From an uncultured Actinomycetes bacterium (GTDB lineage Bacteria > Actinomycetota > Thermoleophilia > RBG-16-64-13): DNA of 64,000 nucleotides. Every line of letters begins with the position of its first letter. The first letter of the stretch is position 1. The stretch lies in NCBI GenBank assembly GCA_963841735.1, contig CAWJDT010000001.1:1120001-1184000 (forward strand), given 5' to 3'. Below are positions 1 through 11,104 of the stretch, in pieces. The notes below the pieces were generated by a model that was not told where the DNA came from, made no database searches, and saw nothing but the letters and a program-made list of their open reading frames with translations. Both the position numbers and the translations under genes were made by a program.

Positions 1-913
<913 letters not shown>

Positions 914-1278
914 ATAAGTCTTCCTCTTCCTCGCGACTGGTCGGGACTCGGCGCCGGGCGCCGGAGCCGGGCCCGTGGCCTCGGTAGGGGCTTGGGGCGT
1001 AGCTGCCGGGGTGACGGCGCGGGGCACGGTCGCCCGTGCGGCGGCCTTGCTCCGGGGTCGATTCTATCGTGGAGGGAGCGTCGGCGATACTGGTCTTGAC
1101 CCGATTGCGTGACCCTTCGGAAATCGACGACTGCCGTGCCGCATTGTTGCGCCACGACATCCTTCGCTCGTCTCCCTTGGGTCGCCTAGAGATGGAAGTG
1201 CGAGCAGCCTCGCACGGACCGGTATTTGGGTGCCACGTACAAGCGCCGGGGGCGAGTACCCGATCGCCGGCGGCAGCC

Positions 1279-1307
1279 AAACAAAAAGCCCCGCAAAAGC
1301 GGGGCTT
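1279..1307 (-). terminator. Rho-independent terminator after the tRNA-Ser/tRNA-Arg pair
   Basis: Perfect 9-bp stem AAGCCCCGC/GCGGGGCTT with a 4-nt loop, followed by a U-tract on the minus strand just 3' of tRNA-Arg. Confidence 0.85.
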
Positions 1308-1315
1308 CCGTGAAG

Positions 1316-1389
1316 CGCGCCGGAGAGGATTCGAACCTCCGACCTCTGGTTTCGTAGACCAGCGCTCTATCCAACTGAGCTACCGGCGC
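1316..1389 (-). tRNA. tRNA-Arg(ACG)
   Basis: Reverse complement GCGCCGGTAGCTCAGTTGGATAGAGCGCTGGTCT-ACG-AAACCAGAGGTCGGAGGTTCGAATCCTCTCCGGCGCG; cloverleaf; CCA not encoded. Confidence 0.97.
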
Positions 1390-1393
1390 ACAC

Positions 1394-1487
1394 TGGCGGA
1401 GAAGGAGGGATTCGAACCCTCGGAAGGAGCATTCACTCCTTCACTCGCTTAGCAGGCGAGCGCCTTCAGCCTCTCGGCCACTTCTCC
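1394..1487 (-). tRNA. tRNA-Ser(GCT)
   Basis: Reverse complement GGAGAAGTGGCCGAGAGGCTGAAGGCGCTCGCCT-GCT-AAGCGAG, long variable arm, GGTTCGAATCC, ends CGCCA. Confidence 0.97.
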
Positions 1488-1623
1488 ATTTGGCGGCGAG
1501 GCCCGCCACCTCAACGAGCCGATATTCTAGCAGAGAGTCTCTACGCAAGTGTCCACGGAGGAGTGAGCCCCCCCTGCCCGAATGAGAGGGAGTAGGGTGA
1601 TCCAGGTTTCCAAGGAGGTCTCC

Positions 1624-1836
1624 ATGTCCGGGGTGTTGCGGCTTATCCAGACCATCGTCGTGGTGGGGGCGCTTGTAGGGGGCGGTATGGCTCTGTGGCG
1701 CAACCGGGACAAGGTCAAAGATACCTGGGAATCGTTGGGCGGTCTCTCCGGAGTCCAGGGTTCTACCGGCAAGCTGTTGGAGTCGATTGGCCCAGTGAGC
1801 GGTGTCGTGCGCCAGCTGGCGACCATCAAGAAGTAG
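1624..1836 (+). CDS. Small hypothetical membrane-anchored protein (70 aa)
   Basis: AGGAGG RBS before ATG 1624; one N-terminal hydrophobic helix followed by WRNRDK. Confidence 0.65.
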   Translation: MSGVLRLIQTIVVVGALVGGGMALWRNRDKVKDTWESLGGLSGVQGSTGKLLESIGPVSGVVRQLATIKK

Positions 1837-1931
1837 CCGGAAGCTCCGACATATGGTTCCGCCGAGGCTGGCGGGTCGTCGGATGCTAGTATCGCAGCCT
1901 GATGCCTGCCAGATCTTCGGAAGGACGTTCG

Positions 1932-3080
1932 ATGAAGCCTAGTGATAGTCCCCAGTGCCGTTGCTTCTCTTCGGGCCCGTGTGCCAAGAGGCCGGGATGG
2001 AGTCCCTCCGCTCTGGAGGATGCGCTGGTGGGCCGGTCGCATCGCTCGAAGGCAGGCCGGGCGCGCATCCAAGAGGTCATCGACCGGTCTCGGCACATGC
2101 TGGGAGTCCCCGACGGATATCACCTGGGTATTGTGGCCGCTTCCGACACCGGGGCTATGGAGATGGCTCTGTGGTCGCTGCTGGGGCCGCGCGGGGTGGA
2201 TGCCCTGGCCTGGGAGAGCTTCGGGCAGGGCTGGGTCACCGATATCACCAAGCAGCTCAAGCTCCCCGACGTGCGGGTGCTTTCGGCCGACTACGGTCTC
2301 ATCCCCGACCTGAGCCAGGTCGACTGGGACGGCGACGTGGTCTTCACCTGGAACGGCACCACCTCGGGGGTGCGCGTGCCCAACGCCGACTGGATCGCCG
2401 ACGACCGCCGAGGGCTTGCCATCTGCGACGCCACCTCGGCCGTGTTCGCCATGGACGTGCCCATGGCCAAGCTCGACGTGGTCACCTATTCGTGGCAGAA
2501 GGTCCTGGGCGGCGAGGCACAGCATGGTGTGCTCACCCTCAGCCCGCGGGCCGTGGAACGGCTGGAGAGCTATCGGCCGACTTGGCCGTTGCCCAAGATC
2601 TTTCGCATGACCAAGGGCGGCAAATTCATGGAGTCTGTCTTCCAGGCCGACACCATCAACACTCCGTCGATGCTGTGTGTCGAGGACGCGCTCGATGGCC
2701 TGAAGTGGGCCGCGGATATCGGGGGACTGCCGGAACTCATCCGTCGCAGTGAGGCCAACCTGGCCGCGGTAGCCGCTTGGGTGGAGCGCACTACTTGGGT
2801 GGACTTCCTGGCTGAGGACCCGGCCACCCGGTCGTGCACTTCCATCTGCCTCAAGATCGTCGATCCGTGGTTCCTGGGGCTGACGGTGGAAGAACGGGCT
2901 CAGGCGGCGAAGAAGGTGGCTGCTCTCTTGGAGGTCGAAGGCGTGGCCTATGACATCGCGCCCTACCGCGATGCCCCTCCCGGTATCCGGCTGTGGGGCG
3001 GCGCGACAGTGGAGACCTCCGACCTGGAGCTCCTGTTCCCCTGGCTCGACTGGGCCTACGCGGAGGTCAAGGGCGCCTGA
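1932..3080 (+). CDS. serC: Phosphoserine aminotransferase (Methanosarcina/alphaproteobacterial type)
   Basis: [36 protein letters not shown] (PLP lysine), TINTPS motifs. Confidence 0.92.
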   Translation: MKPSDSPQCRCFSSGPCAKRPGWSPSALEDALVGRSHRSKAGRARIQEVIDRSRHMLGVPDGYHLGIVAASDTGAMEMALWSLLGPRGVDALAWESFGQGWVTDITKQLKLPDVRVLSADYGLIPDLSQVDWDGDVVFTWNGTTSGVRVPNADWIADDRRGLAICDATSAVFAMDVPMAKLDVVTYSWQKVLGGEAQHGVLTLSPRAVERLESYRPTWPLPKIFRMTKGGKFMESVFQADTINTPSMLCVEDALDGLKWAADIGGLPELIRRSEANLAAVAAWVERTTWVDFLAEDPATRSCTSICLKIVDPWFLGLTVEERAQAAKKVAALLEVEGVAYDIAPYRDAPPGIRLWGGATVETSDLELLFPWLDWAYAEVKGA

Positions 3081-3152
3081 CGCGGCCGCGTCAGGCGGCC
3101 CCTCGGGCCCGCGGCGCAGGTTGTGGCGCGCCGCAGCTTGCGGCCCGGCGGG

Positions 3153-3431
3153 CTAGACCGTGTCGGTCTTGGCCGGAGTCTCGGCCTGAGTTTCAGTCAC
3201 CGCCGGTGTCGCCGCCGGAGTCACGGCTGTAGTAGCTGTGGTGGCGGTAGCGGCGGTCACATCTTCCTTCATAGCCGCCTTTACGTCCTCCTGGGTCTCT
3301 TTGAGGCCCTTTTTGAAACCGGTGATCGAGCGTCCCAGCGAGGAACCCAGTTCGGGCAGCTTCTTGGGCCCGAAGATGAGCAGGGCGATAACCACCACGA
3401 TCACGATTTCCCAAACACCGATGTTAGGCAT
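3153..3431 (-). CDS. tatA: Twin-arginine translocase TatA/TatE subunit
   Basis: MPNIGVWEIVIVVVIALLIFGPKKLPELGSSLGRSITGFKKGL; AGGAG RBS. Confidence 0.95.
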   Translation of the reverse strand: MPNIGVWEIVIVVVIALLIFGPKKLPELGSSLGRSITGFKKGLKETQEDVKAAMKEDVTAATATTATTAVTPAATPAVTETQAETPAKTDTV

Positions 3432-3505
3432 GAACACACTCCTAGCCGATCGATTCTGCAAATGCAGACGCGGCATTATCGCACCAAGCCGTAGCCCGCG
3501 TCTGC

Positions 3506-5737
3506 CTACAGGGAGTTCTTGAGCCAGCTTCTGATGTCTGCCGTGGTCACCGTCCCGCCAGGCGGTCTCGGGCTCAGTGCGCCCAAACGTGGGTCTGTCT
3601 CCGGGCGGAGCACCTCGGCCGCCGAGCACAGGTCGAACGTCTGGCGCATGGCCGTGGTCACGAAACGGGTGGGCTGAGAGTAGCCGTACACGTCGCTGAA
3701 GCTACGCGGGTAGGTGTAGTAGCGCAGGGGGCAGCAGACGTACAACCAGTCCTTCGCCCTGGTGAGGGCCACATAGAACAGGCGACGCTCTTCTTCGATC
3801 TCCTCCGGCCGTCCGGTGGCCATGTCGGAGGGGATGTTGCCGTCGGCGGCGTGGATGACGAACACAACGTCCCACTCCAGGCCTTTGGCCGAATGCATGG
3901 TGGAGAGGATGAGGAAGTCCTCGTCGAGCAGGGGCGGTCCGGCCAGGTCTTCGGTGTAGGTGGGCGGGTCGAGGGCGATCTCGGCTAGGAAGCGGCCCCG
4001 GTCGGGGAAGCGGGCGGCCAGCCACTCGAGCTGCTCCAGGTCCATGAGGCGAGCGCGGGCGTTGTCGTGCAGGCGTTCCAGAAGCGGCGTATAGAAAAGC
4101 CTGATCCGTTTGATCTGGGAGCTGAGATCGCCCGGCTCGCGACTCCCGATGCCGGTCATGAGCGACACCAGTTCGTGCCACGAGCTGCACGCTGCGGCGG
4201 AGGGCGAGGGGCAGTCAGACCAGGCGGCGAAGCCGAGGGGCACCTCGCGCGGCGCCGGAGCGGAACGTCCGGCCGGGCTGCTGCCGGGTAAGTCTTCGAT
4301 CTCGGGGCCGCGGGCGACCACCAGCCGGTCCATGAGCGAACGGGCCTTCTTGGGCCCGACACCGGGCAGCAACATCAGCACCCGGGTGCCGGCCATGACG
4401 TCGCGGGGATTCTCGGCCAGGCGCAAGAAGGCCATGAGGTCTTTGACATGCGCGGTCTCGACGAAGCGCAGCCCGCCGTACTTGTGGAAGGGGATGTTGC
4501 GCCGTGCCAACTCCAACTCCAGCGCCAGGCTGTGATGCGAAGCCCTGAACAGCACGGCTTGGCGGCGAAGGTCCAGGCCCGCCTCCCGGTGGTCGAGCAC
4601 CGAGCGGATGATGAACTCGGTCTGCTCGTCCTCGTCGTCGCAGGTGACGAACTGCGGTTTGGCTCCGCCGGTGCGCTCCGACCACAATTCCTTGGCGTGC
4701 CGCTCGGTGGATGCGGCGATCACCTCGTTGGTGGCGCTCAGGAGAGTCTGGGTGCTGCGGTAGTTCTGCTCCAATGTGACCACTCGGGTCTCGGGGAACT
4801 GTCGGGGGAAGTCGAGGATGTTGTGAACGGTGGCCGCCCGGAACGAGTAGATGGCTTGGGCGTCGTCGCCCACTACGGTGAGGTTCTTGCCGCCGGGGCA
4901 GAGCATCTGCAAGATCTCGGCCTGCAGGCGGTTGGTGTCTTGGTACTCGTCGACGAGGATGCAGTCGAAGCGGCTCCGGATGGAGCGGGCGGTGCGGGCG
5001 TCGGTCAGCAGGCCATGCCAGAAGAGAAGCAGGTCGTCATAGTCGAGGACGCTCTGCTCGCCCTTGCGGTCTACATAGGCGCCGAAAAGCCGGCGGAGGT
5101 CTTCGACCTCGTTCTTGCACCAGGGGAAGCGGGTCTCCACCACCTCGTCTACCGGCTCGCGGGCGTTGACGCAGCGGCTGTAGATGTCCACGCAGGTGGC
5201 CTTGAGCGGGAAGCGGCGGTCGCTCGTAGATAGCCCCATTTCGGTGCGGAGCATGCCCATGAGGTCCTCAGCGTCGCCCCGGTCGAGGATGGTGAAGGCC
5301 GGGTCGAGACCGATGGCCCGTCCGTGTAGACGCAGCAGGCGGGTGGCCGTGGCGTGGAAGGTGCCGCCCCAGATCTTGCCGGAGGCCGCCTGTGCTCCGA
5401 GGCGGCTGGAGCCGCCGTTGGCCGCCGGGGCCTCGCCCGGCGGCGCCTGGTCGCGCGCCCGGCGGGTCTCGGCGTCGAGTTGGCGGAGGATGCCTTCTAC
5501 CCGGCGGAGCATCTCGGCAGCCGCACGCCGCGTGAAAGTGAGTAGCAGCACTCGGCCGGGGTCGGTGCCGTTCGCTATGCGGTAGGCCACTCGGTGCGCC
5601 AGCGTGGCGGTCTTGCCTGTGCCAGCGCCAGCCACGATCAGCAGAGGGTCATCGTCATGCAACACGGCCAGTCGCTGCTGCTCGTTCAAGCGGGCGAGGA
5701 TCGTTCCGATGGGGGTCTCGGTCAAGGTGTCATTCAC
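3506..5737 (-). CDS. UvrD/PcrA-family ATP-dependent DNA helicase
   Basis: AGAGTGKT Walker A, TFT, VDEYQD, VGDDAQAIYSFR, LEQNYRS, TMHSAKGLEW, EERRLFYVALTRAK. Confidence 0.95.
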   Translation of the reverse strand: MNDTLTETPIGTILARLNEQQRLAVLHDDDPLLIVAGAGTGKTATLAHRVAYRIANGTDPGRVLLLTFTRRAAAEMLRRVEGILRQLDAETRRARDQAPPGEAPAANGGSSRLGAQAASGKIWGGTFHATATRLLRLHGRAIGLDPAFTILDRGDAEDLMGMLRTEMGLSTSDRRFPLKATCVDIYSRCVNAREPVDEVVETRFPWCKNEVEDLRRLFGAYVDRKGEQSVLDYDDLLLFWHGLLTDARTARSIRSRFDCILVDEYQDTNRLQAEILQMLCPGGKNLTVVGDDAQAIYSFRAATVHNILDFPRQFPETRVVTLEQNYRSTQTLLSATNEVIAASTERHAKELWSERTGGAKPQFVTCDDEDEQTEFIIRSVLDHREAGLDLRRQAVLFRASHHSLALELELARRNIPFHKYGGLRFVETAHVKDLMAFLRLAENPRDVMAGTRVLMLLPGVGPKKARSLMDRLVVARGPEIEDLPGSSPAGRSAPAPREVPLGFAAWSDCPSPSAAACSSWHELVSLMTGIGSREPGDLSSQIKRIRLFYTPLLERLHDNARARLMDLEQLEWLAARFPDRGRFLAEIALDPPTYTEDLAGPPLLDEDFLILSTMHSAKGLEWDVVFVIHAADGNIPSDMATGRPEEIEEERRLFYVALTRAKDWLYVCCPLRYYTYPRSFSDVYGYSQPTRFVTTAMRQTFDLCSAAEVLRPETDPRLGALSPRPPGGTVTTADIRSWLKNSL

Positions 5738-5782
5738 GTCGCGCTGCGTTCCTCTCCTCCGTAGCCAAGCCTCACCGCTTCA

Positions 5783-5804
5783 AGCATACAGAGGGGGTCG
5801 GACA
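5783..5804 (-). promoter_or_regulatory. Putative RecA-NDp/PafBC-type DNA-damage promoter for the helicase
   Basis: Minus strand TGTCCG-N10-TATGCT matches the mycobacterial TGTCGG-N10-TAnnnT motif with the exact spacing; ~45 nt upstream of the helicase start. Confidence 0.6.
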
Positions 5805-5857
5805 GACAGATCGTGCAAACCAACTGCGGGGCCAGTTTGCGGGCGAAGCATCAGAGT

Positions 5858-5934
5858 GGTAGACCGCCCGGGGCGCACCGGCTGCGAGTGATGAAACCCC
5901 TCGCGCCTTCTTGCGTCGCCCCGGACGGTCTACC
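5858..5934. repeat. Long inverted repeat/hairpin (18-bp arms)
   Basis: GGTAGACCGCCCGGGGCG (5858-5875) vs CGCCCCGGACGGTCTACC (5917-5934), 17/18 complementary; inner GCGAG...CTCGC stem. Confidence 0.7.
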
Positions 5935-6004
5935 TTGTTCACGTTCTGGCGGTCGTCCTACGTCCTATCCACGATGCACCAGACTCCAAGACCGACAATG
6001 TCTG

Positions 6005-7330
6005 TCACGGAGCCGGCCACGGCGGTTTGGGGTATATGGGATCAGCCGTGCGCTTCTTGCCAAAGTCGATCACTTCGAACACGCCGCTCTGCCACTGGCC
6101 CAGATCGCCTGGATGGCAGTCTATGGATAGCACTTGCTTGTCGAAGAAGGTGTCACCGAGCACAGTCTGGAAATGCTCCGTCTTGAGCACTTCAGCCACC
6201 TTGGTCGCGTCCAGGGTGCCGGCCTTCTCGATGGCCTACCCGAACAACTCCAGCGAGCCCATGAAGTATGCGTCGCCCCAGTAGTCCACGTTGCTCTCGC
6301 TGAAGCCCTCAGCCTTCAGAGTGGGGCTACTCAGCAGCCTGTCGCGCATGGCGGCGAGCTCTGGAGAGCTGTTGATGCTCCAGGCTCCGTAGGTACAGAT
6401 ACCTTCTGCTGCTCCGCCCACTGCTTCCTCGAACGCCCCGAACGACGCCCCGGTGCCCATGACCAGCATCTTGGGGTTGTATCCCATTTGGATCATCTGC
6501 GTTACCATCAAGGAGTTCCACTGCGGCTGACAAGGGACAAACAGGCAGTCGGCACCGGAGTCCTGCGCCTGCCTGAGCACCTGTGCGAAGTCCGTGGTGT
6601 CGGCCGGAATCGCGGCTTCGAGCACGACCTGCACGTCTCCCTGCACCTCCACTTCCTCCTTGAACATGGCCAAGTATTCGCTAGCTTGCGGGTCATCCTC
6701 CGGGTAGAGTATTGCCGCCGTTGCTGCGCCCACTTTCTTCATGGTTTGTAGCAGCCTGGGCATGTGATAGTACTCTGAGTAGTTCAGGGTCTCGACGAAC
6801 AGTGGGTACTTGTCCATCTCAAACCGGATGCGGGAGATGCTACCCTCGGCGCCTATCATCAGATAGCCGTGCTCATTGGTCAACGCCGCCGCGGCCAACA
6901 CGAAATCAGTGCTGGCGGGCGAGAAGATGAAGTCGACCTTGTCTTCGACCATGAGTTTCTCGAGAAGGCTCATGGAGGTGTCCAAGTTGCTCTCATCGTC
7001 GTAGACCAGCATCCGCACCGGCAGCTTCTTGCCGTATTCCTCCACGTAGATGCCGCCGTCGGCGTTGACCTCCTCCGCCCACAACTTGTAGCAGGGGCCA
7101 AAGGAGCTCTCCTCAAAGACGCTCAGAGGCCCAGTCTGGGGACGTGCGGCTCCGATGACGATCTCGTCCTTGCCGCCCGGCGTGGTGACGGTCGTCGTGT
7201 CCGTGCCGCCCTGCGTGACAGCAGTTGTCTCAGTCGTCTCCCCTCCACAGGCCACTGTGACCATGACCGCAGCCAACAGAACGAAACATAAGAGCAACGA
7301 AATGGCGATCCTGCTGTGCTTCACCTGCAT
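6005..7330 (-). pseudogene. Branched-chain amino acid ABC substrate-binding lipoprotein with an in-frame TAG at 6236-6238 (nonsense mutation or base-call error)
   Basis: Lipobox TVAC, Thr-rich linker, LivJ/K-like motifs (INADGGIYV-type segment, YDDES, DKVDFI); the same frame continues after the TAG as AIEKAGTLDATKVAEVL...YPKPPWPAP. Confidence 0.8.
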
Positions 7331-7576
7331 GTTGAGGCCTCCCTATCCGCTTGTTCGACACGTGGGCAGTTGAGACGTTGCCCGATTCAGAAAGCCGCCG
7401 CACCGATCGCCCCTCCTTCGATCTTGGGTCGACCCCATGCGCTCATCACACCCGCCACCATCCGGCGATGGCCCGCGACGACTTTGCTTCTCTCTCGCTC
7501 CTTCTGTTAGTTCACGTTTGGTGACGCTGCGAGAGCGGTTATCGCGTGTGCCGTGGGGCGCGCGAAGCACCCCTGC

Positions 7577-9215
7577 CTACCTTGATAGGAACCCGGTCTG
7601 CGCCACCGATCGCACCCGGATGGCCGCTTCATTGGCCACCGGGCAGTAGTGCTCGCATACGCCGCAGCCGCTGCAACGCTCGGAGATGACGCGGGGGAGT
7701 TTGACGCCCGCGTGTTGGTCACCGCCCTGGCCTTGGCCACCGCTCTGCCCGCTGCCTCCCGTGTCGAAGACGATCGCCTTGTCGGGGATGGGGCAGAGTT
7801 CCTGGCACACCAGGCAGTCACGGCCTTCCGACCAGGGGATGCAGGTGTTGTGATCGATGTAGGCGCGGCCGATGACCTTGAGCCGCTTCTCTTCGAGGCT
7901 GAGCGCGCGGATGGCCTGGGTAGGGCAGACCTTGCCGCATTCGTTGCAGCTCCAGTCGCAGTAGGCGCGGCGGTAGTCCATCTGCGGGGTCATGAAGCCC
8001 TCGACGCCGGCGTCGAAGACCGCCGGCTGGATGACGTTGGTGGGGCACACCTTCATGCACTCGGCGCAGCGGGCGCAGGTGGCCATGAAGTCCAGCTCCT
8101 GGCGGGCACCGGGGGGCCGGATGAGGAACTTGTTCCGCTGGATGCGCCCCAGCCCGGTGTAGAGGAAGAAGCCACCCACGAAGGCCAGGCCGCCCGCTTT
8201 GAGCAGAGCCCGCCGGCTGGGGTCGTGCACGTGCTGCTTGCGAGGTCTGCGGCCCCAGTGGATGGCCCCGCGAGAGCAGGCGTCGGCGCATTCCAGGCCG
8301 GCCTCACAGCGGGAGCAGTCGGTAGAGCGGCCTCCGTCACGGACGGCGTCCATGGGGCAGGCGGCGACGCACGACTCGCAGAGGGAGCAAGCATGGTCGT
8401 CGACCACCCTGCCGAAGAGCGCTCCTCGGCCGATCAGGCCCAGGAGAGCGCCCAGCGGGCAGAGGTGGCGGCACCACAGGCGGCGCTCTATCCACGAGAC
8501 GGCGAGGATAACCACGAACATGATCAGCATGACCAGTTGCAGCTTGTAGGCGAGACCATCGGGAAAGACAAGACGGCCGGTCAGAGCGCCGGTCACCGAG
8601 TCGACGCCGCCGCGCAGCGGCGGCGCCAGATACAGCAGGTCGCCTGCCCAGGCGCAGACCCCGGTCGATGGCGGGGTACACCAGGGTAGTCGCCGCACCG
8701 GGTGAAGAGCGAGAGCGGGTCGAAGAGCAAGAAGACGGCGCTGCCGAACAGGATGAGCATCACCACCACCACGAGCCCGAACAGGGGCACCTGGCGCAGG
8801 ACCTCGCGTGCTCGGGGGCCAGGGTGGCGTTCGCGCCGCGGGCCGAACAGTTCGATCGATGAATCCCAGCGGGCAGACGTAGCCGCAGAAGGCCCGTGCC
8901 GAAGAACAGGGGGCTGAGCAGCACCGGCATCGCCAGCAGGAACTCCCAGCGCAAGACGCCGTTGGCCACGGAATTGACCGCCAGCAGCGGGTCGGCGAGC
9001 AGGAATCCGCCCAGCAGAAGGGTGCCCAGCGGCCAGATGGTCAGGGTCAGAAGAGCGAAGAAGAGGAGAAGAAAGAAGATTTGAAAGAGGCGCCTATACC
9101 GGTGGATGCCGCGCCGGCGGCCCCTCGCCCGGACCCGGGATGCGCGTATCGAATCGGCCCCGGCGTAGCTCGGGGCCTCTGGGCGGCGATCGGTGGCGGG
9201 CTCGTCGCCGGCCAT
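7577..9215 (-). CDS. Membrane polyferredoxin (NapH/MauN-like membrane part fused to NapG/MauM-like 4Fe-4S domain); several apparent frameshifts at ~8.7-8.9 kb
   Basis: FQIFFLLLFF TM helix, RAFCGYVCPLG and RRLWCRHLCPLG motifs in shifted frames, IRPPGA, CARCAECMKVCP and further CxxCxxC motifs. Confidence 0.8.
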
Positions 9216-10280
9216 CAGGCGGTCCCCTCGAAGATGTTGTACTTGGCCAGGTCGATCTCGCCCAGCCCCCGGGCGTTGGCCTCCACCAGACTGGGCAGGT
9301 CGGTGGGCTTCCAACCCATGAGGTCGCAGCCGTAGGCGTCGATGGCCACCTGGCTGGTGCCGGCGACGCAGGTCTTGCGCAGTTCGATGTCCTCGCAGCC
9401 TGCCGCCGGAGGGGCCGTTGCGCACCATGACCCGGTAGGCGTCCAGTATGACCAGGTGCGGCTTGACCAAGGTGTTGAGGTCGGTGATCTTTTGCGGGAA
9501 GTCGATGTGGATCTGACCTCGGGGGTCGCCCATGATGCCCATGAGGTTCTTCATGGAGAGGGTCAGGCCGGCCATGCCGTGAGTCTTGCCGATGGGGACG
9601 TTGATGAGGGTGTCGGCCTCCAGCGCGTCGGTGACCAGAGGCCAGGAGGTGATGGCCACGCCCCTCGGGGATGTCGACGCGCTCGAAGTTGCGGTTGCTG
9701 AGGTACTTGAGGGTGCCACCGGACTCCTCGTCGCCTGCTGCAGCCCCGAATTCTGGAAGGCGGCCCGGGGGCTGGTGGTGGGATAGTCGAGCACCGTCAC
9801 GTTGGCGGCGCCGGCTTCGAGGCACATGCGCACGATCTCGGCGATCACCAGGGGATTGGTGTTGACGGCGTACTCAGGAGGCTTGCCGGTGAGGACGTTG
9901 GGCTTGACCACCACCTTGGCGTCGCGCTTGACGAAGCGTTCCATGCCCCCCAACTGAGCGACGGCGGCGCGAACGTTGTCGCCGGGCGAGTCGCCTCGGA
10001 ACACGGCCAGATCGGGGGCTGCGGGGGCGGTGGTAGTCGTCGATGCGTTCCCGGCTTGGGAGGAGGTGGTGGCGTCGCCGGGGATGGCGCTCGTGGTCGT
10101 GGTGGCGTCGCCGGTGGTCGAGGTGGAGAACACTACGGCCTCCGAATCCTCGACGGGGGAGCCTTGGGACTCCGACCAGCGCAATAGGCGGGCGCAGCCG
10201 GCGGCGGTGGGGGCCAGGGCGGCGACGGTCAGCCAACGGCCCGTGGCCAAGAGGAAGGTCCTGCGATCCATCTGGTGCAT
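9215..10280 (-). CDS. DUF362-family protein with twin-arginine lipoprotein signal; apparent frameshifts near 9730, 9662 and 9400
   Basis: MDRRTFL...AAGC, LGGMERFVK, VVVKPN, NTNP, INVPIGKTH, LTLSMKNLMG; C-terminus VAIDAYG...ARGLGEIDL in another frame; stop overlaps the next ATG. Confidence 0.82.
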
Positions 10281-10390
10281 GATGGGCGGTAACGTACCCT
10301 TGTTTGCGAGACTTCTATCGCGGAGACACTAGAGAGGAGAGCGACGGCCGCTTGCCCGGCGAGGGCGGCGCGAAGAGTAAGAAGGTGATC

Positions 10391-11104
10391 ATGGGCAAGG
10401 ACACAGATCCCGCGACCACCCCGGCGGCGGACGAGCCGGTCGCCGGCACGGGCGGGTCGGAGGAGCCGATCGGTCGTCGGGCCTTCATCGGGCTGATGAT
10501 CGCCGGTGTGGCCGCGCTGTTCCTTGGCAAGGATCTGCTCGCTTGGATCGGGCGCCTGGGTGGGGCCCAGAGCTCTCGAGGCACGGAAGGATTCCGCATC
10601 AACAGCGTCGCCCCCGCGCCAGATTTTGTCGAGGATTCCTGGCGCCTGACTGTGGACGGGTTGTTTCGCAAGCCCTTGTCGTTGACCTTCGCAGATTTCA
10701 CTGCCCTCCCACAGGAAGAGCAGACTCAGGACTTCTACTGCGTGGAGGGCTGGGGTGTGGCCGATGTCGTGTGGAAGGGAGTGACCGTGCGGGAGTTGAT
10801 GGGCCGGGCCGAAATTGACCCGTTGGCTACACATCTGATCTTCCATTCGGGCGACTCGGCGCATTACACCGACTCTCTTACCATCGAGGAGGCCATGAGT
10901 CCCCACACCCTGCTCGCCCACGGTTTGAACGGTGACCCGCTGATTCCCGGCATGGGCAGCCCCGTCCGGCTGATCATCCCCGGCAAATACGGATACAAGT
11001 GCGTCAAGTGGGTGGTGCGGGTGGAGGCCGTCGTTTTGGGTCCCGGAGGCTACCTGGGATACTGGGAGGAGCGCGGCTACTCGGCGGACGCGACCATCTC
11101 ATGA
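10391..11104 (+). CDS. Molybdopterin-dependent oxidoreductase (sulfite oxidase/MsrP/YuiH-like)
   Basis: GRRAF twin-arginine plus TM, WRLTVDGL, DFYCVEGW (Moco Cys), PVRLIIPGKYGYKCVKWV, GYWEERGY. Confidence 0.9.
   Translation: MGKDTDPATTPAADEPVAGTGGSEEPIGRRAFIGLMIAGVAALFLGKDLLAWIGRLGGAQSSRGTEGFRINSVAPAPDFVEDSWRLTVDGLFRKPLSLTFADFTALPQEEQTQDFYCVEGWGVADVVWKGVTVRELMGRAEIDPLATHLIFHSGDSAHYTDSLTIEEAMSPHTLLAHGLNGDPLIPGMGSPVRLIIPGKYGYKCVKWVVRVEAVVLGPGGYLGYWEERGYSADATIS

Noticed and set aside
5813-5885. GCAAACC...GGCGAAGC...CCGGCTGC resembling a c-di-GMP-I riboswitch
   Set aside because: Lacks the GNRA tetraloop/receptor and GCAAAG core, and is antisense to both neighbouring genes
6236-6238. Genome-wide TAG recoding or pyrrolysine
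   Set aside because: Many intact genes here end at TAG at the expected position; no pyl genes in the window
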